Shown here piece after piece: positions 1 to 7,965 of a DNA stretch of 64,000 bases; position 1 is the first letter of the stretch; each line of letters opens with the position of its first letter. The translations under genes were made by a program, and so were the position numbers. Under the pieces are notes generated by a model. The model was not told where the DNA came from, made no database searches, and was given only the letters and a program-made list of their open reading frames with translations. Source of the stretch: Actinomycetota bacterium (GTDB taxonomy: Bacteria; Actinomycetota; Actinomycetes; Nanopelagicales; Nanopelagicaceae). The stretch covers positions 5,815 through 69,814 of the forward strand of contig JAQBVO010000006.1 in the NCBI GenBank assembly GCA_027728065.1. The letters are read 5' to 3'.

Positions 1-24
1 GTAGACATTGTGTAATTGTTTGTT

Positions 25-1104
25 TTATTTTTTATGAGTTTTTAAACCATAATTAAGATCTCTAAGCGGCACAGCAAAATCTTTTTTGATTTTGCCGCCA
101 TCCTTAAGGTTTTTAACTACGGTGCTAAATCGCTCTTTCCAATAGAACTTGCCATTTTTGTTGACAACTTCGTTGACATACCATTTCTGATCACTCGGGA
201 AATATTCCATTATATTCCATACACCCGTCAGATCAGATGGGTCAACTTTTGTACCTCCCTCAGCCAAACATTTTGAAATTATTTTAAATGAAGGAGTTGG
301 ATTTTTTTCAATATAGGTTAAAGTCTGGAATATTGTTGCTTGTATTTTTTTTGCTAGTGCCATATTTTTATTCACCCAGGACCTTTTCGCTCCGAACCCG
401 GCATGAACTATTGAAGACGGCAAAGATCTTTGATCCATCAATGTCGAGTAACCTTGCTTAATAACGGCAAGTCGCTGCGGTATTCCCGCAATCATGATGT
501 CGACGGAGCCTGCTATCAATGCTGGTGGTAGTTCTTCTTGTGCAAGATCTATTATTTTGAACTGCTCAATTTTTAGACCCGCTTTACTGACTAACTCAAC
601 AAAGGTTACATACTCACCTCCACCAGAAGATACGCCAATTTTCTTGTCAATTAGCTGTGTCAATATGGTTTTAATGTTTTGATTAAGATCCTTATTTGTC
701 TTTGCTACTTGCTCAAAAGTTTTCCATGTATCATATTTCTTAGGGTCGTACATTAGACCACCACCACCGAAATAGAACAATGGAAATGCAAGTGTGGTAT
801 CTGCTCCAGCATTATTCTGTTGAATTACATCAGCTTCTGATGTAGTCCATATATCCACCTGTCCTCCAACGCCTAATTCATTTGCGCCAGGCCAATCAGT
901 TCTCTTAATGTCCAGTGTAATTCCACGTTTTTTATAAAATCTTTTCTCTACACCAACGTAAATAGAACATACATCTTGGAAAGAACTTAGTGCGACTTTA
1001 ACTTTTTTAGGTGCAGCGGTTGCGAGATTTGAAAGTGCTATAGAGCTGCCCACACAAAATGTAAGCAATACCACCCACAACTTTCTATATTTGAGATTTC
1101 TCAT
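25..1104 (-). CDS. NitT/TauT/SsuA/THI5-type ABC transporter substrate-binding protein
   Basis: N-terminal signal peptide; SsuA/THI5-like segments (IYVGVEKRFYKKRGITLDI, KKIGVSSGG, LIAGSVDIM); divergent from a NitT/TauT ATPase and permease; AGGAAAGG Shine-Dalgarno upstream. Confidence 0.8.
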   Translation of the reverse strand: MRNLKYRKLWVVLLTFCVGSSIALSNLATAAPKKVKVALSSFQDVCSIYVGVEKRFYKKRGITLDIKRTDWPGANELGVGGQVDIWTTSEADVIQQNNAGADTTLAFPLFYFGGGGLMYDPKKYDTWKTFEQVAKTNKDLNQNIKTILTQLIDKKIGVSSGGGEYVTFVELVSKAGLKIEQFKIIDLAQEELPPALIAGSVDIMIAGIPQRLAVIKQGYSTLMDQRSLPSSIVHAGFGAKRSWVNKNMALAKKIQATIFQTLTYIEKNPTPSFKIISKCLAEGGTKVDPSDLTGVWNIMEYFPSDQKWYVNEVVNKNGKFYWKERFSTVVKNLKDGGKIKKDFAVPLRDLNYGLKTHKK

Positions 1105-1330
1105 TTTTTAACCTTTCCTGTAATTGGCAAATTGCTCACATACAACTCTGAGATGTTATTTGCTTGAATAGAGTTGGATGAACGACCACCAAAAATCACA
1201 ACCCGATCGAATTAAAGTTTGTAACTAAGTGACCGTTCACACATAAACCGTATTGAACCTCTAAATGTGAGTCAATAGACCGCTAAATGAAAACTTTAGA
1301 AGGCAACGCATGAACTTAGTTCCAATAATA

Positions 1331-1369
1331 TATGTCTGCTATGTCTGATATGTCTGATATGTCATATCA
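1331..1369. promoter_or_regulatory. 9-bp tandem repeat (TATGTCTGC/TATGTCTGA/TATGTCTGA/TATGTCATA) ending in the palindrome TGATATG-T-CATATCA; candidate operator
   Basis: Read directly from sequence; lies in the divergent promoter region between the binding protein and ATPase genes. Confidence 0.5.
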
Positions 1370-1561
1370 AAGTATTTGAGTTAATCTCGATGCCTCCCTC
1401 GAGGAGATGCCAATCACGACTAGCGTCGATAGTGAACTAAAATTGGGCCAATCTTAAAGGTAGTCAAGCTTTTTAAGCCCCTGATAACTTGCGATTTATG
1501 AATCTATAGATTTTCTTAATAACCTATGTTAACTTTACCAAAAGTTCGGAGGTAAGCGTTC

Positions 1562-2326
1562 TTGGACGATAGCCCATTTCTTGAGTTTAATAACGTTAGT
1601 GTTAATTTCAACACAGAGCAAATGGATGTATTAGCGTTATCTGACTTTAATTTAAGTGTTTTAGAAAACGAATTTATATGTATTGTTGGTGAGTCAGGCT
1701 GTGGTAAGACTACCGCTCTAAATGTTGCTGCCGGTTTAATTCAGCCTACATCTGGCTATATAAAATTCAAAGGAAAGGAAATTAAGGGTCCAGACGCTTC
1801 ACGGGCAGTTGTTTTTCAAATGGATGCAGTTTTTCCTTGGATGACCGTGCAAGAAAATATTGCATTTGGACCTAAGTCACAAAATAAATCTCAAAGTGAA
1901 GTAAATAGTTTAGTTGATCAATATTTAAATTTAATTGGTCTTCAGGAGTTTAAAAGTGCATGGCCAAAAAATCTTTCGGGAGGAATGCGTAAAAGAGTTG
2001 ACTTGGCAAGAGCTTACGCTTCAAATCCAAGCATGTTATTAATGGACGAACCCTTTGGTGCATTAGATTTCATAATGAAAGAGAATTTACAAGAGCAATC
2101 ACGAAAGTTATTCAATTTAGACAAAAAAACTATCATTTTTATTACACATGACCTAGAGGAAGCACTATTTTTAGGGGATAGATTAGTTGTTATGACATCA
2201 AGACCGGGTACTATTGCAAAAATCGTAAAATGTGATTTTGGTGAAGAGCGCACTTTTGCTCTCAGAAGCCAACCGGAATTTATCAATATGAGGGTAGAGC
2301 TTAGAAAATTTATGGAAAGTAAATAA
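1562..2326 (+). CDS. NitT/TauT family ABC transporter ATP-binding protein
   Basis: Walker A GESGCGKTT, signature LSGGM, Walker B LLMDEPFGALD, H-loop ITHD; GGAGGT Shine-Dalgarno before a TTG start. Confidence 0.95.
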   Translation: MDDSPFLEFNNVSVNFNTEQMDVLALSDFNLSVLENEFICIVGESGCGKTTALNVAAGLIQPTSGYIKFKGKEIKGPDASRAVVFQMDAVFPWMTVQENIAFGPKSQNKSQSEVNSLVDQYLNLIGLQEFKSAWPKNLSGGMRKRVDLARAYASNPSMLLMDEPFGALDFIMKENLQEQSRKLFNLDKKTIIFITHDLEEALFLGDRLVVMTSRPGTIAKIVKCDFGEERTFALRSQPEFINMRVELRKFMESK

Positions 2327-3105
2327 TGAAAACGAAAAGGCTCAAACTAAAATTGGTTTCTCCATTAAGTATTTTATCAGTTTTTTTGACACTTTTTTTG
2401 TGGTATTCACTATCCGAAGATGGATTAAAGATTATTAGCGCTATCAAGTTTCCGCCACCAACTCAAGTTTTCGAATCTATAGAATTTCTAGGATTCAAGA
2501 TATTCACAGATATTTTTGCCACTTCCGCTCGAGTTTTATTTGGCTTAATTGTTGGTACGATTTTAGGGTGCGTGGTTGGTGCTATGATTGTTTTTTCTAG
2601 ACGAACGGGAGAATTTCTTAATCCGATAATTGAGGGCTCACGGCCTGTTCCTGTTATTGCTATGATCCCTTTCTTTTTAATGTGGTTTGGAATTGAGGAA
2701 CCAGGTAAACTTTTCCTAGTCACTATTGGAGTGTTCATGATAGTGGTTGTAAATGTAAGCGAGTCAATTAGAAATGTTCCTAAGCTGTACATTCAAGCGG
2801 CTCAAACTCTTGGAGCCTCTACGCGTATTATAAGAAAAAGAATAATATTTCCTGCAATAATTCCAGCACTAATTGGACCATTAAGAGTTGCAGTAGCATT
2901 AACTTTTACTTTGGTGGTAGCAGCAGAATTTATGGGAGCTCAAAATGGAATTGGATATAGAATTCTTGAAGCTAGAAGACTATTTTATCCTCAGGTCATA
3001 TTACTAGGAATTATTCAACTAGGAATTCTTGCGTCAATTTTTGATGCCGTACTTCAACGTACGATGGGTAGAATTACGCGTTGGAGTGGCCGCGAATCAA
3101 AATAA
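2326..3105 (+). CDS. NitT/TauT family ABC transporter permease
   Basis: Multiple hydrophobic segments; EAA-like loop QAAQTLGAS; LVVAAEFMGAQNGIGY motif; start overlaps the ATPase stop. Confidence 0.92.
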   Translation: MKTKRLKLKLVSPLSILSVFLTLFLWYSLSEDGLKIISAIKFPPPTQVFESIEFLGFKIFTDIFATSARVLFGLIVGTILGCVVGAMIVFSRRTGEFLNPIIEGSRPVPVIAMIPFFLMWFGIEEPGKLFLVTIGVFMIVVVNVSESIRNVPKLYIQAAQTLGASTRIIRKRIIFPAIIPALIGPLRVAVALTFTLVVAAEFMGAQNGIGYRILEARRLFYPQVILLGIIQLGILASIFDAVLQRTMGRITRWSGRESK

Positions 3106-3127
3106 TTTTAGCAGTTTAGTGAGTTGA

Positions 3128-3307
3128 ATTTTAAAATTGAATCATCGAACAATTTCAAGCATCACAACAAATTATTTGATTAATTCTGGGCATAAAAATA
3201 TCGCTTTTATTGGTGGGCCAGAAAGTTTTTACTACCAGACAAATAGAAAGCAGAGTGCAAAGGCTCTTGTTCACTCTTTTATAGAACATGCGGTATCTTT
3301 GTGTTAA
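3128..3307 (+). pseudogene. Relic of a LacI-family regulator (internal sensor-domain fragment)
   Basis: Start-less frame translates ...SITTNYLINSGHKNIAFIGGPESFYYQTNRKQ..., matching the LacI pattern (A)TxYLIxxGHxxIAFIGGP; bounded by stop codons. Confidence 0.6.
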
Positions 3308-3363
3308 TCAGTGCGGACGATGTGTCTTGCTGAGCGAGGTTGCAGATAAAGAACAACTGTCCG

Positions 3364-3409
3364 GGTGACTCTTAATCACCGGGTCGGGGTTCGATCCCCT
3401 CACAACCCA
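3364..3409 (+). repeat. 3' half of a tRNA-Lys(CTT) gene (att-like relic)
   Basis: GGTGA-CTCTTAA-TCACC anticodon arm (CTT), GGGTC variable loop, GGGG-TTCGATC-CCCT T-arm, ACAACCCA 3' acceptor strand; no D-arm upstream. Confidence 0.75.
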
Positions 3410-3584
3410 GTGTAAAAACACAGCCCAAAGTCCTATCTTTCTTGATCTGCTGATCTTTTTGGTAAGGAATAAGATTTCTGCCCATTTGCTGTGGCCCGGT
3501 AAATATGATTTTACCAAGACTGTCAAATTATTGATTTAATTTCAGCATTAAATGAGTATAGTCGAGGTCTAGTTAGGGGTACTA

Positions 3585-4466
3585 GTGAAATACTTGCTTG
3601 GTATTGATTTGGGTGCTACCAAAATTTTGGGTGGTATTTTGGATGAAGAGTTGGGAATAATTCATCAAGAAACTTTACCTTCTCGAGATTCGCTTATGGG
3701 ACTGGCAGATCTGGGATTAGTTCAAACTAAAAGAGTTATTAGCAAATTATTAGTGACGGCAGCGAAGTTCAATCTCAAAATTTCTGCAGCAGGTATCGGC
3801 TTTCCAGAATACGTTTCTGTCGAAGGCCAGTTGATGAGTAAGGATGGTGTGGGTTGGCAGATACAACCAAAAATTGAATTACCTAAATTAACTGGTTTTA
3901 GTTGGGTTATTGAATCAGATGTTAGGTGCGCAGCGCTGGGCGAGGCAACGCTAGGGGATGGGAAAGCACAATCTGATTTTCTTTATGTCTTAGTTAGTTC
4001 TGGCATTTCACACACTCTAGTTGTTAATGGTAGGACGTGGCCCGGTGCGAGCGGCCGTGCCATTGGATTTGGAGTCACCGAAATTGAGCATGATGGTAAA
4101 TTTAAAACATTAGAATCAGTGGCATCTGGACTTGGTATTGCTAGGGAGTATCAGCATAAGAGTGGTGTCATGGTTTCTGGCGCAATCGAGGTATTTGAAA
4201 AATTTGGAACTGATCCAATTGCAACGGCCGTAATTGAGCAGGCAGCTGAATGTCTATATCGCGGGTTGAAAAATCTTGTCGAAGTGTTGGATCCAGAAAA
4301 AATTATCATAGGTGGTGGACTTTGGCTTGGCTCACCGAAATATAGGGAACTAGTAGCTAATCGTTTACCAAAACCGGTCAGTGCATTGTTGAATTTAGCG
4401 TCATTGCCAAATGCAGGCTTGATTGGGGCTGCAGCAGTGGCTCGTAATTCATTGATTAATCCCTGA
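3585..4466 (+). CDS. ROK family protein (probable sugar kinase, atypical)
   Basis: GIDLGATK phosphate-1 motif, ESDVRCAALGE, LESVASG, IIIGGG, AGLIGAA; no HTH domain. Confidence 0.85.
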   Translation: MKYLLGIDLGATKILGGILDEELGIIHQETLPSRDSLMGLADLGLVQTKRVISKLLVTAAKFNLKISAAGIGFPEYVSVEGQLMSKDGVGWQIQPKIELPKLTGFSWVIESDVRCAALGEATLGDGKAQSDFLYVLVSSGISHTLVVNGRTWPGASGRAIGFGVTEIEHDGKFKTLESVASGLGIAREYQHKSGVMVSGAIEVFEKFGTDPIATAVIEQAAECLYRGLKNLVEVLDPEKIIIGGGLWLGSPKYRELVANRLPKPVSALLNLASLPNAGLIGAAAVARNSLINP

Positions 4467-4756
4467 GATCTCTATCTTAGAAATCTTTTAATGCAAGTAG
4501 TAACTTGCCTTTTTGAAATTTATCAAGTATCAATTTAAAGATTAGCTACTATCTTTGAATAGTTCATACTTACTGTAGCAACCAAACAACGTTATATAAT
4601 CTTTTGGGAACTTGAGGCGAGGTTACTTCAAAAGAGAGAACACCAAGCTCTAAAATTTAGAAGTTTCTTAATATTTCTCCTGTCTTAAATCTAACTTATT
4701 CTATGGGCAACTTACTCTGATTATTTTTATAGTGGTTGTTCTGGTAGGATTTACAA

Positions 4757-5647
4757 ATGGGTAATTCCATGCAGGAGCCCCCGGAGACTACTCGCAAGCC
4801 GACTCCGCGCCCGCAGTTTAGAAACACCACACACATCAAAAGAGAGAACATGGTTTTACATACTTGGGGGGACTCGGTCTCGGGTTTTGTCACTGACCGG
4901 GTGATATCTTCAACAAAGCAATTGCATGTATTGGAGTTTGAGTTAGCCCCCCAAGGAGAGTTTCGGCATAGCTCACAGAATCAGACTGTTTTTGCCGCCG
5001 ATGTTCTCTATTTTGTGGTCGCAGGTGATTTGGTTTTAGCTAATCCTGAAACTGGCGAGGTTGTTTTAGCTAAAGAAGGAACTGGAAGATTATTTCACCG
5101 GGGAACTTGGAATCATGGTTTTAACCCAGGACAAAAAACTGTCCGCGTTATTGAATACTTCTCTCCACCACCTGCCATGGGTGCTGCATCTGAATTCTCA
5201 CGGAACCAGCCAGCACTAGTGGAGAATAAATATCAATTAGGGAAAAATGTAAGAAACTGGCCTGAAGGTCAAGCAGAGATGGAAGCGAAAGCATCTTTTT
5301 TGGAAATTTCGGATAAAACCGCAATCCTGTCATTTCGAGACTCAAAACCAACCCACCTAATCGCAACTTTAGTCGCAACGGAGTTCCTAAAAGTAGTTAA
5401 AGGTATAGTTCAAACAGGCCATAAGGAAGAATTCGCGCTCGTTGAGAAGGAGTCAGTTATTTATTTATTGGAAGGCCGTTTAGAAGTAGAGTTTATTGAG
5501 GGCACACAAGGGCAAAAACTGATTTTAGAGACTGGTGATGCCATTTTTCTTCCTAAGGGCGTGAAAGAGAGAATATCGGCACAATCTTCGAAGCGGGCAG
5601 TTTACCTACTGGGATCTGGTGAAGTACCAGATGATTGGAAACCATAA
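4757..5647 (+). CDS. Cupin-domain (probable bicupin) protein of unknown function
   Basis: Two beta-rich cupin-like repeats (FRHS..ADVLYFVVAG..LFHRGTWNHGFN; VIYLLEGRLEV..LETGDAIFLPKG); TAGGAT -10 box 6 nt before ATG. Confidence 0.7.
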   Translation: MGNSMQEPPETTRKPTPRPQFRNTTHIKRENMVLHTWGDSVSGFVTDRVISSTKQLHVLEFELAPQGEFRHSSQNQTVFAADVLYFVVAGDLVLANPETGEVVLAKEGTGRLFHRGTWNHGFNPGQKTVRVIEYFSPPPAMGAASEFSRNQPALVENKYQLGKNVRNWPEGQAEMEAKASFLEISDKTAILSFRDSKPTHLIATLVATEFLKVVKGIVQTGHKEEFALVEKESVIYLLEGRLEVEFIEGTQGQKLILETGDAIFLPKGVKERISAQSSKRAVYLLGSGEVPDDWKP

Positions 5648-5771
5648 GTTTCGGAAATTATTATGCACCGTGAGTAGCTCGTCTGAAAGGGCGTTGACTT
5701 TATTTCTGGGTAAAGCGTGCCATCTTTATCCCCTCACATAAGAAGAAGTAATTTAAGTATCGTGTGATTTT

Positions 5772-5799
5772 TTGCGCAACGCTCTGAGTCAACTATAAT
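5772..5799 (+). promoter_or_regulatory. Sigma-A-type promoter for a leaderless nagB-like transcript
   Basis: TTGCGC (5772-5777), 16-nt spacer, TATAAT (5794-5799), 6 nt, ATG 5806; no Shine-Dalgarno. Confidence 0.6.
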
Positions 5800-5805
5800 A
5801 CAATT

Positions 5806-6603
5806 ATGCAGAACCCAAACATTGATAAAAGAGTGCTGGAATCTGATGAAGAAGTAGGTAGATTCGTCGCCCAATTAATCATTAATGGTCTTTTTAAGGC
5901 ACAAGCTGAGAAGCGTAATTTTGTCTTGGGTTGTCCTAGTGGAAGAACGCCACGCTCCACGCTAAAGGCACTTGGTGCGCAAGTTCGGGAACGTAGTTTG
6001 GACCTATCTAACTTGATTGTGGTGATGATGGATGAGTATGTAACTGAAGTAGAGCCTGATTGCTTTGAGAATGTAAAAATTGATGCCCACTTTAGTTGTC
6101 GCAAGTGGGCGGAATTGGAGCTGCGGGAGGCCTTGAATTCTGGCCTTCCAATCCACAAGCAAATCCATCCTGAGAATGTCCGTTGTCCAGATGGTGCGGC
6201 TCCGTATAAGTTTGAAAGCTGGATTGATCAATTGGGTGGTATTGATCTCTTCATCTTGGCTAGTGGAGCAAGTGATGGCCACGTTGCATTTAATGGACCG
6301 GGCGAACCACGATCTTCACTTACTCGAATTGTGAGACTGGCAGAGAAGACTCGGATTGATAACTTGCAAACATTTCCAAATTTCAAGGATATTAGCGAGG
6401 TTCCTAGATTTGGCGCTTCGGTAGGAATATCTACGATTGCAGATAAATCCAAAAGTTCAATTATCATTCTTCTCGGTGCTGCCAAGCGAAAAGCATTTGA
6501 GGTCATCTCTCAAGCAAAGAGTTATGATCCTAATTGGCCAGCTACCATTATTTCGGAGTGTCCAAACGCGATCCTAGTCGCAGACCAAGCGGCTGCTAAT
6601 TGA
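5806..6603 (+). CDS. Glucosamine-6-phosphate deaminase/isomerase (NagB)-like protein
   Basis: LGCPSGRTP, MDEY, GGIDLFIL..SDGHVAFNGPG, VPRFGASVGISTI, W PAT C-terminal pattern; divergent from canonical NagB. Confidence 0.8.
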   Translation: MQNPNIDKRVLESDEEVGRFVAQLIINGLFKAQAEKRNFVLGCPSGRTPRSTLKALGAQVRERSLDLSNLIVVMMDEYVTEVEPDCFENVKIDAHFSCRKWAELELREALNSGLPIHKQIHPENVRCPDGAAPYKFESWIDQLGGIDLFILASGASDGHVAFNGPGEPRSSLTRIVRLAEKTRIDNLQTFPNFKDISEVPRFGASVGISTIADKSKSSIIILLGAAKRKAFEVISQAKSYDPNWPATIISECPNAILVADQAAAN

Positions 6604-6746
6604 CCTGCTCTATAGGATTCTTCAGTGTCTCCTGCTTCATTGAGGACAACTCCCCCAGCCTCGGCGACAATTTTTGACCCATTAACTAAGAATGGATTCT
6701 GGATCAAGATCAATTGAATCTATTTGTGGTCATGGGTAGGTATGTA

Positions 6747-6767
6747 GTTCGATCCCCTCACCGCCCA
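6747..6767 (+). repeat. Second tRNA 3'-end relic (T-loop plus acceptor strand), direct repeat of 3389-3409
   Basis: GTTCGATCCCCTCACCGCCCA vs GTTCGATCCCCTCACAACCCA, 19/21 identical. Confidence 0.65.
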
Positions 6768-6818
6768 CTCACGAGTTTTGGCCTCGCATGAGTTTGATTT
6801 GCTATCTATGCTTTACCT

Positions 6819-7139
6819 ATGCTGGGTGGAATTAATAACGGACTTTTCCTGCAATCCTTTGGAGGGTTTGTGGGCCTGGCGATGTTAATCATTGTGCTCA
6901 AGTGGGGTTTTTCATCCAACAAACCAATGATTATCACTCCGATTAAGGTTGGTAAGAAAGATCAGTATGGACTCTTGCAGCCCTTACAGACTCCAAGTAG
7001 TTACATTGAGGCACAAATGAGTTTGCAAAAGCTTATTGATTCAAATATCAAAGCCACGCTTACTCAAACACTTGACGGGCCACAGTTGATGGTCTTTGAA
7101 AAGGATGTAAGGATCGCTACATCAGTGTTAGGAAAATAG
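6819..7139 (+). CDS. Hypothetical membrane-anchored protein
   Basis: 106-aa ORF with one N-terminal TM segment and plausible codon usage; family not recognised. Confidence 0.6.
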   Translation: MLGGINNGLFLQSFGGFVGLAMLIIVLKWGFSSNKPMIITPIKVGKKDQYGLLQPLQTPSSYIEAQMSLQKLIDSNIKATLTQTLDGPQLMVFEKDVRIATSVLGK

Positions 7140-7292
7140 TTCAGAGAGAAGTTTCTCGACCCGAACTTTAATCTCATCCTGAATAATGCGCACAGAGTCA
7201 ATGCCCTGTCCTGCTGGATCTTCTAAACCCCAATCCTCATAACGCTTGCCTGGATATACGGGGCCAGCTTCTAGATAGTTTGTATCTGAGAC
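7128..7292 (-). pseudogene. arsC: arsC (LMW-PTP-type arsenate reductase) remnant: about 10 N-terminal codons fused in frame to the C-terminal 44 aa
   Basis: Translates VSDTNYLEAG-PVYPGKRYEDWGLEDPAGQGIDSVRIIQDEIKVRVEKLLSELFS*, typical of the actinobacterial ArsC C-terminus; no valid start; CX5R motif absent. Confidence 0.8.
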
Positions 7293-7351
7293 GTTCTCCC
7301 CTTTTTCATTCCACAGGCTAGAGCGCTGCCAAGTAACTTTGGTGGTTATTT
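7265..7351. repeat. Direct repeat copy 1 (87 bp; putative arsC promoter/5' end)
   Basis: Matches 16198-16285 with 6 mismatches and 1 indel by manual alignment. Confidence 0.9.
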
Positions 7352-7414
7352 AAGTGGTCAGAAGGTTGGGGGTTAGGATCTCTCTGGACTGAGTCTTTTC
7401 TGAGAGCATACCAA

Positions 7415-7467
7415 TTGACTTAGGGTCAAAAACTGTTATTGACCAGCATAAGAAGGCGACATACCCT
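7415..7467 (+). promoter_or_regulatory. Promoter of the purine operon with an upstream inverted repeat
   Basis: TTGAC-N5-GTCAA (7415-7429); -35 TTGACC (7439-7444), 17-nt spacer, -10 TACCCT (7462-7467), ATG 6 nt later. Confidence 0.6.
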
Positions 7468-7473
7468 ATAGAG

Positions 7474-7965
7474 ATGCCTTCGCTCGGAGAGATCAACGCA
7501 ATGGATAGTACAACGGCGCACACGCTCTTTAAGCGTTGCACTATCGCTACTCAATACTGTGATGCACTTGTTAACTCACGTCCCTATTTAACTCTCGACG
7601 AACTGATGAGCGCCTCCGATACGGCAACACATGAATTGAATTTACAATCACTTCTCACGGCTTTTTCGGGTCACCCACGCATCGGTGAGCGCAAAGGACA
7701 TTCAACTTGGTCATCTACTGAGCAATCGGGCCTATCTGCTGATGATGCTAAAACTTTGGAAGATCTTGCCTCTGCCAATCTTGCATACGAAAGCAAGTTT
7801 AATCACGTCTTTCTCATTTGTGCAACGGGTAAGACCGGCTCCGAAATGCTCAAGGAGTGCAATCGACGGATAAAGAACTCCCCTGAAGTTGAGATTCAAG
7901 AGGCTCGTGAGCAGTTGCGCTTAATCAATCAAATTCGCATACAGAAGCTATTGGAGGAAATATGA
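7474..7965 (+). CDS. uraD: OHCU (2-oxo-4-hydroxy-4-carboxy-5-ureidoimidazoline) decarboxylase
   Basis: GHPRIG, EQSG, N..YESKF.HVFLICA, EQLRLINQIRI motifs; first gene of the operon with uraH and uricase. Confidence 0.9.
   Translation: MPSLGEINAMDSTTAHTLFKRCTIATQYCDALVNSRPYLTLDELMSASDTATHELNLQSLLTAFSGHPRIGERKGHSTWSSTEQSGLSADDAKTLEDLASANLAYESKFNHVFLICATGKTGSEMLKECNRRIKNSPEVEIQEAREQLRLINQIRIQKLLEEI

Noticed and set aside
1101-1210. Minus-strand frame DRVVIFGGRSSNSIQANNISELYVSNLPITGKVKK* whose stop overlaps the binding-protein ATG
   Set aside because: Could be the tail of a lost upstream gene, but it has no start and no recognisable family; indistinguishable from chance
3337-3409. Possible full-length tRNA-Lys (AGGTTGC could partly pair with ACAACCC)
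   Set aside because: Two acceptor mismatches and no D-arm (no GCTC/GAGC, no GG); treated as a 3'-half relic only
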